A stretch of DNA of 64,000 nt from Eledone cirrhosa (taxonomy: Eukaryota). The notes under the pieces were generated by a model. The model saw nothing but the letters and a program-made list of their open reading frames with translations. It had not been told where the DNA came from and did no database searches. Of the stretch, positions 27,225 through 42,000 are shown piece by piece (positions within the stretch are counted from its first letter, which is position 1; the number at the start of each line of letters is the position of its first letter). A program made the translations under genes and the position numbers. Location of the stretch: assembly GCA_964016885.1 (NCBI GenBank), contig CAXHJY010001530.1, positions 62,001-126,000 of the forward strand, given 5' to 3'.

Positions 27225-27332
27225 ACTGACTGGCCAGTCTGCTGATATGCAAATCTGGCTGACCAGTGGATCTGCTAATATGCAGATCTGACTGATCAGC
27301 CAGTGTGCTAATATGCAAATCAGGCCGATCAG
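27225..27332 (+). promoter_or_regulatory. Three 33-bp tandem units with octamer (ATGCAAAT) motifs
   Basis: Units at 27241, 27274 and 27307; two perfect octamers and one ATGCAGAT. Confidence 0.55.
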
Positions 27333-27400
27333 TCACTGTGTATTTTTGAAAATAGCATGTATTTTCCCTAGCTCTGACAGTTTGGCAGGAGGTGAAGAGT

Positions 27401-27450
27401 GAACTGTACTGATGAAGAGTGATAACCAGAAACATTAGTGTCTGCAGTTC
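27401..27450 (+). ncRNA. Type I HHR (F9)
   Basis: gaactgta-CTGATGA-agagtgataacca-GAAACATTAGTGTC-tgcagttc; 8-bp stem I, GUC triplet, weak stem II. Confidence 0.8.
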
Positions 27451-27604
27451 TGTTCGCATCCCAACATAAGAGCAAGAATTAAGTGTTCATTCTACTGACA
27501 TAGCTATAAAATTGAGGCTTGTTTGCATAATTGCAAACGAATCAAATGTTATTCATATTCGAAAAACTCAGATTACATTTATTGTAGAGCGGAATTTTCT
27601 TTTT

Positions 27605-27641
<37 letters not shown>

Positions 27642-27644
<3 letters not shown>

Positions 27645-27837
27645 ATAATAATAAAATTGAAGACTAAAATCCAAAGAGGGCTCGATAAGGAAAATATATA
27701 TCAAATATATAAGAACCGTAGAGCAAATATTTATTAAAATAACAGATTGCGTTTACAGATTGACTTTGTTAGTTTCAGAAGATCCCGTTAAGGGTGAAAG
27801 CAGCGATTCTTTGCTTAAACTTTAATCTGTTATTTTA

Positions 27838-27843
<6 letters not shown>
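27642..27843. mobile_element. Internally deleted F2 element between TA tracts
   Basis: Left end matches 5380-5487; right end matches ~6717-6810. Confidence 0.85.
27755..27830 (+). ncRNA. Hammerhead-like motif with CAGAAGA core (F2)
   Basis: Same sequence as the 5481-5556 copy. Confidence 0.6.
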
Positions 27844-27879
<36 letters not shown>

Positions 27880-28042
27880 TGAAACATCACAGATACTGTG
27901 ATAGAGATATACAGAGCCTTCCGTTCTACTGTCTTGCTCATACATTCCATTTTAGCATGGTTTTCACGGTTGGAAGCTCTTTCTTGGCCAATGATACCTT
28001 AAGCGTGCTAGTAAATGTTATGAGTTGTTTCCCTTGATAATG

Positions 28043-28955
<913 letters not shown>

Positions 28956-29307
28956 CAGCGAGAATCGTATTTCGGCCGGTAGACAAAGCGAAACGAAACG
29001 CAAAATCGTAGAAATGGTGGCAAGCGCTCAATAGTCAAGAAACCTAGAGTTAAACAATATGTTAAAACGCCATACAAAATGAATAAGTGGTTAAGAAGGC
29101 ATTAAACAACCAAGCCAAAAAACAAATCAAGCTAAACAGGTCAAACAATATATATATATATATATTTAAAAGTTAAACAAGGTTCAATGAATACATCAAA
29201 GAATGAGTTTTACAATAGATTGGAAGCACACAATAGTAAAAAGGTTTTCCAGAGTTATAAATATTATTTCAAAATATTAGCAAAATAGATATTCTTGTCA
29301 TCAAGTA

Positions 29308-29374
29308 TATTTTATTATACATATTTCAGAGGTACTGAGTTAAGTTCAACAGTACGTCCTCATCAGATAAAATA
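29308..29374 (-). ncRNA. Type I HHR (F7) with long stem II
   Basis: tattttat-CTGATGA-ggacgtactg..cagtacctct-GAAATATGTATA-ataaaata. Confidence 0.85.
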
Positions 29375-29989
29375 AGATGATGCATGACATACATAGTAGA
29401 TGGTTAAGATTCAGTCATGGTAGTGATTAATATATGACAAAACTCAATATTTATACATTAATATTGAGAACATGAGAAAAATATATAATACAAACAATAG
29501 AGAGGGCGCGTGTAATACAGCTTAAAAATACATGGCATCAATATAACAGTTAAAACAAAATTGTTTAAAACTACTGAAGAAAGAGGAAAGAAATGAAAGC
29601 ATAGAGGAAGAAACAGCTGATGGGATACTATATTTAATTGGTGCCTCGAAAAACAAATGAAAGATAGTTAAAGAGAGAAAGAGAGACAACGGGGAGTAAT
29701 TTATGTTCAAGTTTATAGACAATTATCCATATATGCAATATATATCTAAACTTATTTAGTCAACCGTTAATATTCAAAATATTTTTAAAGTTATTTCAGA
29801 GTAATGAGTAATATTTTAGGATTTAAAAGTTAATAGGTGTCTGTATTAATATTATATTATACTATCAAGTTTAATTTCTAAAATTCAAATTTTATGATAA
29901 CAAATTTAAAGGATTTACGAAACACGAGAAAGAAAATATATAATGCTTTTATACCCTCACGAAGGTAATCTTTAGCAGAATTATTTATA

Positions 29990-30106
29990 ATATTTGTTTC
30001 TACTTTAGGCACAAGGCCAGCAATCACTCAGTGCATTACTGGTACTTTATTTTATCGACTCCGTAAGGATGAAAGACAAAGTCAACCTCGGCGGGATTTG
30101 AACTCA
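29990..30106 (-). mobile_element. MetaSINE-like SINE inserted in F7
   Basis: Family match; ATTATTTATAATATTT duplicated on both sides. Confidence 0.85.
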
Positions 30107-31707
30107 TTATTTATAATATTTATAATATTGACAAAAGTTTATATAATATAATTTATAAAATAATTATAGTTATAATTATTAAAGAATTTATGATTAAACA
30201 GTTTAGGTGCCTCAAGGATCAACCCGCCTTATAACTAAACTTAAATAAGTCTGAATTTTTAATTATATATATGTGTTAATCAAAAATACACAAATATTAT
30301 GATGTCTAAAGCCTTAAGGTGATACCTTTCAAATATATATAACATAATACAATATAGTAAATAAGTTACTGAAAATATTGTTAAAATATATTATTAAAAA
30401 ATTAATGTTTTATATCAATTATTGTGAAATGTTCATTTAGTTGATATATACTCTAAATATATAAGTCACAACTACACGAGTCCTAATGATAGGGGCTGGA
30501 TACAAAATAAATATAAAAATAAAAATAATGAATTGTTTGCGAAACTTAAAAATGCCCAATATTAAAAATATATTATAAAATGTAATAGGATTTTAACATA
30601 GAGTAGACAAAAGGCATGTCTAAAATATCTAGTGAATGTGATAGAAAGAGGAGCTAAATATTTGAAACTAACTGCAACCACTGCACAAAGGAGACCCTAT
30701 TAATAATTAATAATTATGAAAACTTAATTAACAAAAAAAAAGTGAATTATCCTCAAACTGCCTTTATAAAGCTTTGTCTACATTCCAAGCATCGCAAAAA
30801 GTCAGGAAAAAAACACTAAACAAACAGGCCTTAACTGTTGACGTCTCTTATCAACTGTTGGGCCTAAAAAGTCAAAACAGTTTATAAAACTTTAATAATG
30901 CTTTATCTTCTAATCATTTATGATAGAATTAATGTTAGAATGAATGATCCTCTTTACATATATAAACATATTATTTGGTAACTTGTTTACTTGATAAAAA
31001 TGCCTACCTTAGGAGTATTTTAGATATTTATAATTTTGATTTGAACCTTTATTTATCTGTCTCTGTTTTAAATATATAATTTGGATATTTAACTTGTAAA
31101 TGTACATATTAAACTGTGGATCATTCATGCGTTTGCATATTTTACTCATTTTGTGTATGTTTTGGGGACCCAGAAAGTTAGATTTGCACTTATTTATTTT
31201 TATATATATCTAGGTATAAATATAACATACCATAATAGTCGACAAATATTGGTCTCTCTCTCCACTGAACTGCAGGTTAAACTACAATTATAGCATTACT
31301 AATAATGATTATAATTATTTATTTATTAAATGTATACCGTTTCATTAACACCTATAATAATATCTCTATATAGTTGTACAAATATGTTTATAAGTGTGTG
31401 TGTGAATATATATATATATATATATATATATCATCATCATCATCATCGTTTACGTCTATCTTCCACGCTAGCATGGGTTAGACGGTATATATATATATAT
31501 ATAAGTATGTATACGTACATACATATATGTATACAGACGTACAGTAGTATGTATATATATATACAAACATGCACACATATATATTTGTACGTATGGATTC
31601 ACCAAACATTTATTATAATGCTCGTTGTGTTTGTAAACAAACATCCCGTATTAAACCGTAGTGTCTAGCAACCACCGTTGCTCGTTTGTTCAACACTGAC
31701 AAAGGAA

Positions 31708-31748
31708 CGCTGTACTAGTTTCAAGCTTGCTAGCTACCGTCAGCAACG
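31708..31748 (-). ncRNA. HHR (F4), A9G core change
   Basis: cgttg-CTGACGG-tagctagcaagctt-GAAACTAGTA-cagcg. Confidence 0.6.
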
Positions 31749-31973
31749 TATACCTTCCTGCCAGATAGTTGAACGTCCGAAAGTATATACTTTCCTTATG
31801 CATATTAACGGCTGAGTGAAAAGACTCACAGTCCACACTATAAATGAGGTTGGTGTTAGGAAGGACATCCTGCCAGAGACGCTTCCGTTTGAGCGACGCA
31901 TGGTCTCCCGACCATTCCCGCATCAAATGGAACATGCTAGCGTGGAAGATGGACGTTAAACGATGATGATGAT

Positions 31974-32020
<47 letters not shown>

Positions 32021-32039
32021 AGTGTATGTCAACAGGTTC

Positions 32040-32500
32040 AATTCGTGCTATGACCATGTTTTCTATTTAATTTTGGTTGGAGTTCATTTATGTTTATTGC
32101 CTCTGTGATTTGTCTAAACATTGCGTCTTTTCTGTGTGTAGATTTTATTTTTATTTCTATGTTCTCTAATTTGCCCTTATGTTCTATTTTAGCATGTTGG
32201 TGGAGTACTGATGAGTCTTTTCTATCTTGGAGTTCTTGCCAGTGTTCATTTAATCATTCTCCTATGCTACGAGCTGTCTCACCTATGTACATTATATTCT
32301 TATCTTTACATTGTCCCTCAGTACATCTTATGCTATGTACTATGTTTCTAGTTTTACAGTTAATATGGGGGCTTAGTTTACAAATTATGCATTTCTTATC
32401 TATACAGGGATCTCTTTGAAAAGGGTATGTATTACTAATAAGTGTTTTTATGGAGGTAGCTGGTCTTTCCACTATCTTAATATTTAGTTTAAGTTTATCT
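32040..32500 (-). pseudogene. PLE GIY-YIG endonuclease fragment with Cys-rich motif
   Basis: CIDKKCIICK..NCKTRNIVHSIRCTEGQC..MYIGETARSIGE*LNEH..RQITEAININELQPKLNRK. Confidence 0.9.
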
Positions 32501-32769
32501 AGAACGAATCACAGAGGGAATAAACATAAATGAACTCCAACCAAAATTAAATAGAAAATATGAATGGAATAGCAACATCACAACTTACAATTAAGGACAA
32601 AATGAAAACAAACAACTAACTAGTAACATGTAAATAAACAAATAACTAAACAAACACACACAAACACCCGGATGTAACACATGCGCAAACTAAGCACACA
32701 ACACACACAAAAACAAGATGCCGTAGGACAGAAGAAAGGAGAGGCACAAAACAAAGAAAATAATCCCCA

Positions 32770-32812
32770 GTCACTGATGAGGTCACAGAATGTGTGACGA
32801 AAGAACTTTGAC
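32770..32812 (+). ncRNA. Minimal type I HHR (F8)
   Basis: gtca-CTGATGA-g gtcaca gaatg tgtgac-GAAAGAACTT-tgac. Confidence 0.82.
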
Positions 32813-32968
32813 AATATATGAACAACCGTCTGGTTGTGGAACCAACCAACCAACCAAACGGAAATTTATAAATTTTTCAAATTTATAATTTAACTTATAA
32901 TAAATTGAAGTGAGTGAAAGCAACTGGTGCGTGTGTTTCTTATTGGTAACATGACGCTCCCAAAGTAT

Positions 32969-33061
<93 letters not shown>

Positions 33062-33669
33062 CGTATATATATATATATGTGTATATATATGATTAATTTT
33101 GATGAATGCTTCTTATAATATATGTTCTTTGTAATGAACACTATAACTAAAGTTGTCAATCTTTTCAGAGACCAGGTGTTAGTAAGCATCATAAAAAGAA
33201 AGTGAGCTGGATTCTCCTGTGAATAAAGAGATGTAAAATGTTTTGAAACATTCAGAAATTACCTATGTGCTCATTCAACTTGCTAGGTATAGCAGCTTAA
33301 TCTTTCTCAAATCATACACTGCTATTTTAAAAGAGAAATGAACGTTAGACAAGATAGTTATAGATATACAAAAGGATGTGTTAGCCACATCTGGAATAAC
33401 TTTGATTACTGTTCTCCTCTTTCATGGCTAATCTTAGGTTAAAGAATCACAAATAAATTTATTCCAGTTTACGAATTTTAATTGATTCTTTTTTTCATAT
33501 ACAGACATTTTTTATGTGGTACTAAACTCTTGTGAAAGGCATGAATATCCCCAAATCTTATTTGAGAATTATATACATTTATAACAATCATCCATCATAT
33601 GATATCACAGAATTTGTAATACGAATTGATAGTGATAAGGATGATAGTGATGTCAAAATTAGACCAATA

Positions 33670-34870
33670 TGGTATAGACCACTTTGCTCGGAGTATCACG
33701 CTCCGCCCCTCAATGTTTGGTACCTGAATGATACTACGTTGGGCGGGCCCGTGGAGACTGTCTAAGACCTACAATTGGTGGTTGCTGGTCTGGTGGGAAT
33801 CGGCCTCCAGATCAACTCGTCGGAGTCAGAGGTAGTGAATGTCAACTACAATACTGAGAGTTTTGCAGCTTCCATCTCTGATATCTGGTCTACTCTCCTC
33901 CAGGAACAGGTAACCCCTAAAGAGGATGTCCTCATCCTCCGGTCACTGATCCACCCACCGGCCATCCGCTCCAGCAACTCAAGGCCCTCACGAGACAACT
34001 GGGCATGATTGATGCCCACCCAGCCCTCTTCCTGTTGAGGAACTGCTTCACTATACTGAAGCTCCTCTATACTCTTCGTAGTGATCTGTGCTCATTTTCG
34101 TCAACAAGGTTCTCCTAAACACAACGGAACTCACTGTGATCAAGGAACGTGAGTATTTGGGATGCCATCCAGTACAACCTGGCCTCAGACAGGCTAGCGG
34201 ACCAGCACCTCCTTGCATGTTTTCATGTGGCCTCACAAACCCCACAGTGGTGCCTGGTTCCATGCCTTATCCTCCTTCTCCACAGGCATGCAGCTGGACA
34301 ATGATAGCCTGCGCATGGGGGTTTCCCTGAGGCTTGGCCTCAGGATCTGCAAGTCACACAAATATTGCTGCAGATCCACTGTAGACCCTTTCGGCCTCCT
34401 CCCGCTTTCTTGTTGCTACAGTGCCGGCCGCCTTCCATGTCATGCTGCCCTCAACAAAGTCATAAAGCATGGCTTGGATGCTGCACACATCCCCTTCCAG
34501 CTTGAGCCGGTGGGGATGGACTGAGGGCCAGAAGGTATGACATTCTTCCCATTCTGTGGTGGTAAATCCCTTTGACTGGGAAGCCATTTGCAGTGACACC
34601 TTCTCTAGCCGCAACCTGGTACAGTCTGTGACTAACCCAGTTTCTGCTGCACATCGGGCTGAGGAAGATTAACTCTCCAAGTATAGGTTGCTCTCCGACT
34701 GGTGAGACTTCTGCTGTCCTTGGTGCACCTCCCTACTTCTTACCACCATAGGCGCTGAGTTGGCTAGCCACAGGTGTTAGCCTTGCGAGATGGAATGGCT
34801 CTTCCAGCGCATCTCCCTCACCATCCTGCAGGGAAACACCTTCTCCATTCTGTCCGCTGGGGCCATGGGG
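33670..34870 (+). pseudogene. CRE-like (RLE-type) non-LTR retrotransposon fragment: RT end, zinc finger and restriction-like endonuclease
   Basis: NVWYLNDTTLGG (YLDD-like), SGAWFHAL..LRMGVSLRLG..SAGRLPCHAALNKVIK..LEPVGM..PEGMT, WLFQRISLTILQGN. Confidence 0.85.
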
Positions 34871-35734
34871 CGGCCAACATGTGGGATCCTATTTGCTCAT
34901 AATAGAGAGAGATGGGGGCGAAGACAGGGGGAGTTTGGCTCTTCAGTCTTCGGACCTGGTGTGCAGCATCAGTTATCCGTAAGGAGGTAGTGAAGTACTA
35001 AAAATATGAGGGAGTCTTGTAATCATAGATTTATCTCCCTTGATAAATATTAATTGCTTGTAAAAAATATTCAAATTTTGTTGTTATACATGCATGTAAC
35101 TCAAATATTCCTTATATTATAGATTTACTGACCTATGGAAAATATAGCAATAAAGTATACCATATGCAATGGTACACTTTTTTAGTGACCTGTGTTATAT
35201 GTAATGAAATACCCTGGGTGAATACGAACAAATGTTCCTTTTTTTTTTTTGTTCTATTTAGACAAAAGACATTTATTTACATTTGTAACTACACCTCACA
35301 GCAATGAAAGATATTTGTTTGCACATCTGATGTGAAATTTCACTGTGCAGATAACTTCCTTTGTATTTTATAATTTAAAGAGGCAGAACAACACTTATAA
35401 TTCAAATATAACAATATGAAATACCATTAGTGTAGAAGCATAAAATATGCCCAAGCTTATACAAAACTGATTTTATGACACACAAATACCTGTATGAAGC
35501 TCTTCAGCATATTTAAAATAAAACCTTCCATCAGGAAGTTTTGTAACATTTTAAATTTTATTCCAAACACAAGTATTATAATGAAAAATTGAAATATTTT
35601 ACTAAATCGTTCCAAATTCTAAATTATTTTCACAAATAGTTAGAAAACATATGCATTAGAAATATAGCCATGAAAGGACTTCAATTCATATTATTGGACT
35701 GAAAGTATACATTTGATTCTTCTTAAATATAGTA

Positions 35735-35935
35735 ATCATCATCATCATCACCATTTTACGTCCAGTCTTCCATGCGAGCATGGGTTAGACGGGTTGTCCT
35801 GTTATGGGAAATGCTAGGTCGGGTGACCATGTTTTACGAAACTGATTTTGGCTTGATTTCTACAGCTGGATGCCCTTCCTAACAACAACCTCATTTACAG
35901 TGAGTACTGAGTACTTTTTTACTGTGGCGCCTACA
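35735..35935 (-). mobile_element. RTE 3' tail / RTE-tailed SINE fragment
   Basis: (CAT)n plus catgggttagac and gctggatgcccttcctaac. Confidence 0.7.
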
Positions 35936-37562
35936 CAACTAATATTAAATTAAATTTCTAATGGGAAATTTCTCTATAAATTTAACAGATAATTTAATTT
36001 GTATTGTGTAATTTAAAGAGTTTGAAAGGAAATTAGAATGTCAGTAGCGTAGAAGAAATAAATATGGAGCTACATTAAAACCTCCACGTAACTTGCTAGA
36101 TATAACAGCCAAAGCTCCACACATCACTCTCAATTATTTAAAAAGAAGGACACATTGAAAAATGTTGACCAGAGTGAAGTACAAATGGCTTGAGAAAAGA
36201 TGGGATGGTAATGGATGAAAGGACTTTGCTTGTAAATCTATCAGCTGGGACTGACCTTTGCTAAACAATCATAAAAACAACTGTTGTCAAATAGATGTTG
36301 CTATTATAACCAATGGCAAAAGAAACATGATACTGAGCCTATGTTTCCTATAAAATATGTAATATATTTAGGTTTGTACATAGTAAGATACTAAAATTGT
36401 CCTAAGCTTGCACTTAGAGCCACCAAATCTCAATACTGAATTCATCATTATCATCATCATCCATTTTCATTTTCTTTTTAAGCTGGCAGGAGTTGGATGA
36501 GTCATCATAGCCCAAGATTAAATGGGTTGAAATACTGCATATCACTTGAACATACCATTTTTGTCACAGTTTCTACAGCTGATTTGAAGTTAATCACATG
36601 TTCAATGAGTTCTGGTAAATCTTGCTTTGATATAGGTGCTTGGGTTAATATGATTCTCTAAAGCCCTTGAGGAGTCTGCTCCCAATGGCCTGCAATGCAA
36701 TTTCTAAAATCAAAAAAGAATTAAAAAAAATTGGTTAAGAAAATATCAATATCTGGAATAAGGTATAGATAGTGAAACTCAATCATTATAGACAACTAGT
36801 AGATTAAGATGAAATGGGATACGTGTTATAATTGTGGAAAAAATAGAGAAGCAATTGATGTATCTAAAGTCAGCAATAAAATTAGGATTATATTGACAAT
36901 GATTAAATAATTGCTTTAATGGGATTATATGTTACATATATTTGAAAGTCTAACCAGTAATTACTGATATTGTAATATAAGTGAATAAACATGAAATTAC
37001 ATAATATTATAAGTATTAGCAATAATTCTATTAACTTTTTAGACTACAATTTAGAGAACACTCAATTATACACAATTATTCAACAGTTGCTTTCGTAGTT
37101 TTTAGTAACATCTAATCACTAGTGACACTTCTACCAAATCATCAGTGCAATGAATGTAATGTAATTGAGAAAAACCAAATCACTGGCAGACTTTGAAAAT
37201 TTCTTATACCTGAGGTTAATTTAATTAACATTTAATTTAGAGAAATAAATCTTTCATAAGAACTATTATAGACTTAAATTATGGCTACCTATGATACTTT
37301 ATGTTGTTTGTTTTTATTGAAGCAAGAATATGTTCAAGGATAAATACATTACTAGTAAAATAATTTAATAAACCATTTTGAGATATTTCTCAATAAGAAT
37401 ACAGTATACAATTGACAGTAAAATTGCATATATTTAATTAATGCTAAGGGAAGTTTATGGAATGTCAAATATGAAGGGTTAACATGTAGAGTGAAGAAAG
37501 ATGAAGATACTGTTGGCTTGCTACAAGCTATTTTGCATTTCATGTTACCAATACAAACCTAA

Positions 37563-37687
37563 TTAATTGTTTCTACTTTTGGCACAAGGCCAGCAATTTC
37601 CCAGTGCATTACTGGTACTTTAATTTATCGACCGACCCCCGTAAAGATGAAAGGCAAAGTTAACCTCGGCGGGATTTGAACTCAGAA
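37563..37687 (-). mobile_element. MetaSINE-like SINE
   Basis: Family match. Confidence 0.85.
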
Positions 37688-38329
37688 ATGTCAGTTTAGT
37701 TGCTATAGCTAGATATATTTTGATACATCAAAGTAAATTTGTTTGTAGTAAAATGTTTGTTTAAATCAAGAATGTTTTAGTAATAGCTTTGAATTTTGCA
37801 GAAAATAAGAAAAAAAGGAAAGATAAACATTTTTCTAGTCAGATTTACTTAGGTGATCATCACAATAGTACAGCTCTCTCTGATGAAGTTTTATCATGAC
37901 ACCATCACTAGGGCAGCTGATATTTCCTTGAAACAGTGGAAGAGTTGTTTGTTTTGGCAAGTTTTCCACAGCTGGATACCTTTGCTACCACCAACTATTT
38001 AACAGAATGTACTATGTACATTTATTGTGTAATCATGAACATTAGGGATGTTGTCATATCTTTGTCAGAGCTGAAGTGTCCTCCCGACACTTTTTGGGGG
38101 AGATTTTTATGGCTACCGGCCCTTCCTATAGCCAACCACTGAGTGTATTCATCATGTAGCTCACAAATACTACAGAGGCTGTCATGCCTCTGACACAACT
38201 GGAGAGTCTATTTGTTCCACTTTGGCATGGTTTCTATAATGGAATACCCCTCCTGTCACCAACCACTGAACATGATGCACATCTTGTGGAATCAGTACTG
38301 TGTGTGGGTTATAAGTTTTAGGGGGGTAT

Positions 38330-39050
38330 GTTTGTATGTGTAGGTGGGTCTTTTCCAGAACAGCATATTCATAATCCACATTGTCTTCTGTCGTTTCAAT
38401 TGAGAGGCTCAGCTTCTTAAGGTTGGACTTCACTATCTCATTCCATGTATTGTTGGGTCTGCCTCTTCCATGGACCCCCCCCCCAATGTGATTTCTCTGC
38501 ACTCCTTCATGCAGATACACCAAAACTTCATGCAGATACACCAAAAGTATAAGAGCTAGGATAAGAACAGGCTGGAAGAAGCTTAGAGAACTATTGCTGC
38601 TGCTGACAACAAAATGCTTTTCTTACAAAGTGAAGGAGAGACTGTATGGTGCCTGTGTGAGAACTGCAATACTACAAGGCAGTGAAACATGATCCTTGAC
38701 AGTAGAAGACCTGCAGAGGCTAGAAAGAAAGAAGTTGAATATGCTTTGATGGATGTGTAATGTAAGTGTGCATTAGAAACATAGCATAAACAAACTAAGG
38801 GAACATTTTAGCATAAGAGGAATAGCATCTAGTGTGCAAGAGAGAAGACTGCATTGGTATGGATATGTAATATGCATGGAAAATAACAGCTGCATAAAGA
38901 AATGCAGTGGTTGGGGCCTATGGATGACGCAGACCCAGGAAGACATGGGATGAGGGTGGGAAGACCAACCTTAAAAAAAAATAAACTTCACCTCAGAGAT
39001 GAATAATGACTGCAAGTGATTGCACTATGCTGTGCTGAAGAACACCTGAC
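38330..39050. pseudogene. RTE ORF 3' fragments in opposite orientations (38330-38500 minus, 38545-39050 plus)
   Basis: GRGRPNNTWNE on minus; RIRTGWKKLRELL and RRLHWYGYV on plus; cttcatgcagatacaccaaaa duplicated at the junction. Confidence 0.75.
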
Positions 39051-42000
39051 CAGTAGCATACAATATGGCCTGACCTGTGTCACCACTTCTACTAGCACTT
39101 AATAACAACTATTCTCAAAATTTATACAGCCCCTGACCAACACACCTCCATGTCTTCCCCCAGTACATACTCCTTATTTATTAAAGTATCTATGAAATAT
39201 TACAATGGTTGGTGTAATACAATCGCTGAAGCTGAGATGATCAGGAGGATTATAGTTTTAATGGTTTTCTTATTAATCTTCATAATATACATGGTTTAAT
39301 AATTGAATCTAATATATGTAGCTTCTTTTTTCAAGGATATAGTACAGCGGGATACAATGGAGCATATCCAACATTATATATAGTATTATGTCAAATATGA
39401 AGATGACAATTTAGATGTCAAAGAAGATTTTTGACATCTTAAACAATGACTAGAAACTTTATGATCCTATTTTTGAAAACCACACTAGGAATAACATCTA
39501 TACTAGAAGAAATATGGGTTGGACATTGAATGTTGTATATTACAGTAAGATCTTGTATAGTATCTTACTGTAATATTAACAAGCACTAAGGATTTTCTCA
39601 AAATAGATTTTGCTGTCACTTGTTTATACCCTGAAATCAACTGCTCATACTGTTGAAACATTTCAACAAATGATATTCTAAGTGATAAATTATTATTTGT
39701 ATTGCATTGCCTTTTCTCTAGTAGATTAAAATGTATTAGACTCAGTCAAATATGCTTTGAAACTTCTTCAGACAAAGAGACACAGGAAACTCCAAGCTAA
39801 AGTGATATTTCATTGCATGCCTTGTTGAATGTCTTTTGTATGAAAGCATATGAAAGATCATGTAATTCTGAATACTGATTTTAGATAATGTTGGAGTGAA
39901 TATATTCTCAAGGATTGTACATATTATAAATCAAAATTAAGACATTACACGTTTTTTAACTCGTATTTTCTGTTATGTCATAAAAAAACATCACTTATCA
40001 ACCTTTCACATGAGATCATAGTATCAACATTATTATTGAGGACAAATAAATCAATTTCTTTGTATAGAATGTTTCTGTTATGAATGATAAATATTTGTTT
40101 AATGAATAATTTTGAAAGAAATTTATCAAATGATATCCTATAAAGCTAGATAAGACTACTGATGATAAAAACTTTGCAACTTTTTTGAAAAACATAAATG
40201 TATGAGGAAACAAATATGTTACTATATATTTCTCTCCAAAAACAAGTGAGAAAACATTTCCTGTGATTAGTCTATATTCTCTCAAGTGGTATTAGCGGCA
40301 GAAATTAATTATCCTGCAGAAAATTATGAAATGAAATTATTGTAAATATAAAAATTGTTGTTGATGATGATGGTGGTGGAGGTCATCATTGTCATGATGT
40401 TGGTAGCAGTGACGGTGATGGTGGCGATGATGATGAGGAGATGAATATATTCTCATTTATTGTTCTATTCAAGTTTACTATGTTTTTCCAACTACTACTC
40501 TCATTGTATTTTAATGCTGACACCTTATAATGAATAACTTGATATGGCTATAGATTTTGTAACAATTGTCAATGAATTGATTTTGGTTATAAATTATAAT
40601 ATTTATTGTTTCATTTATAGCTTTCTTTCTTTGTTCATACCACTGCCAATTATAACCATAGCTATTCAGAAACAAATACCCAGAAAGCTTTTTACACATA
40701 TGCCAGGCATCTATACGAAGATAACCTAAAGCCCAAGAAAGGTGCTTCTACATAGTCATACACCTTGCTAGCTACACACCTTGAAACAGATGCCCTTCAA
40801 ATAACTCCCAACAATCTTAAAATAAATACTTTTAAGGAACCTCAGGATGGTCACTGTTGGAATAATTTTGATCATAACTCTATTCGAACTGGATTAACTT
40901 GCTGCTAAATAAGAACAATAATAACAATATCCAAGAAAGAATTCCTGAATAATACCTTCTTATGTAACCTAAGTAAATAAACCATTGTCCAACATTTGTT
41001 AGAAAACAACTATGACAAACAGTATTAATTTGGGGGGTTTTAATTCATAAATTATGTAGTACAAAATCATCTAGAGTGGAATAATTTGAAATAAATATTT
41101 AACACCATACGTTTATTATAAAATGCTTTAAATAAAACAAAACCCTATCAAATTTATGACTTCAAAAGAGATTCAATAAAAGAGCTGTTGAACTCTAAGA
41201 CATTCATTCTCACAGATAATCATCTGTATCTTTATTAAACTGAATAGAAAGGTGATGTACGGGTTCAAAAAGAAACCTATCGAAAAGTAGTGGTATTTTG
41301 TCATCTTGTAATCCTTGGCCTTTTGTACAACAAAGCCTGGATCTGATACCTATTTTAGCAGAATAGCACTGCAGAAAGAATTAATGCTGGTTGTATCTAT
41401 CTTATAAGCTATCTATTATTGTTTATGAATCCAGTATCATAACAAAAAAACATAAAATATTCAAAAGAAAACTTGAATACTAAATTCTTATAACTAATAA
41501 ACAATTTATGATAGAAATAATGCACATGAAATATATGTGCTTGTATGTGAATGTGTGTATTTTATCTTATGAAAATATTGAAAAACAAATCACTGTGATT
41601 AATATTTTATCTTACACATATATGGAAGTCATTAGCATCGTGAACATGTTTGAAATCAAAACGAATAATATGATTAGATTTCAAATATACTTTCTTTGAT
41701 GAAAATATACCTGAGAGTACTTTTTTTATTTTTCTAATTTTTTCTTACTTCTTCCACCAAATGTTTTCTCTCACCCGTATGTGTGTCTGCATGAGTGAAT
41801 GAGTTTGTTTTTAACTCTGAACTTTTAAACATAAAATTACAGTACTTTTGTTTTATCTATATTTCTTATTTAAGTAATTCCTTTTAAAATCCTATTTGTA
41901 TTCAGATTCAGCTTGGTAACTTATTTTTCTTCTATTCTAATCATATTTCAAGAAAAACGTGCAAAGAAAAAAAAAATTATTTTGCATAGCTTGACACAGA

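Larger units (their letters stand above)
29166..31200. mobile_element. PLE remnant (F7): inverted pLTR-like arm and degenerate endonuclease end
   Basis: 30660-30770 reads NCNHCTKETLLIINNYENLINKK(S)ELSSNCLYK, like the PLE C-terminal motif; ~29260-29972 is an inverted copy of ~42675-43390. Confidence 0.7.
32014..32973. mobile_element. PLE remnant (F8) between TA tracts with inverted 5' segment
   Basis: GIY-YIG on minus strand; 32520-32558 is an inverted copy of 32057-32097; HHR on plus strand. Confidence 0.85.

Noticed and set aside
39537-39576. 15-bp inverted repeat
   Set aside because: Short, AT-rich and single; no associated feature.
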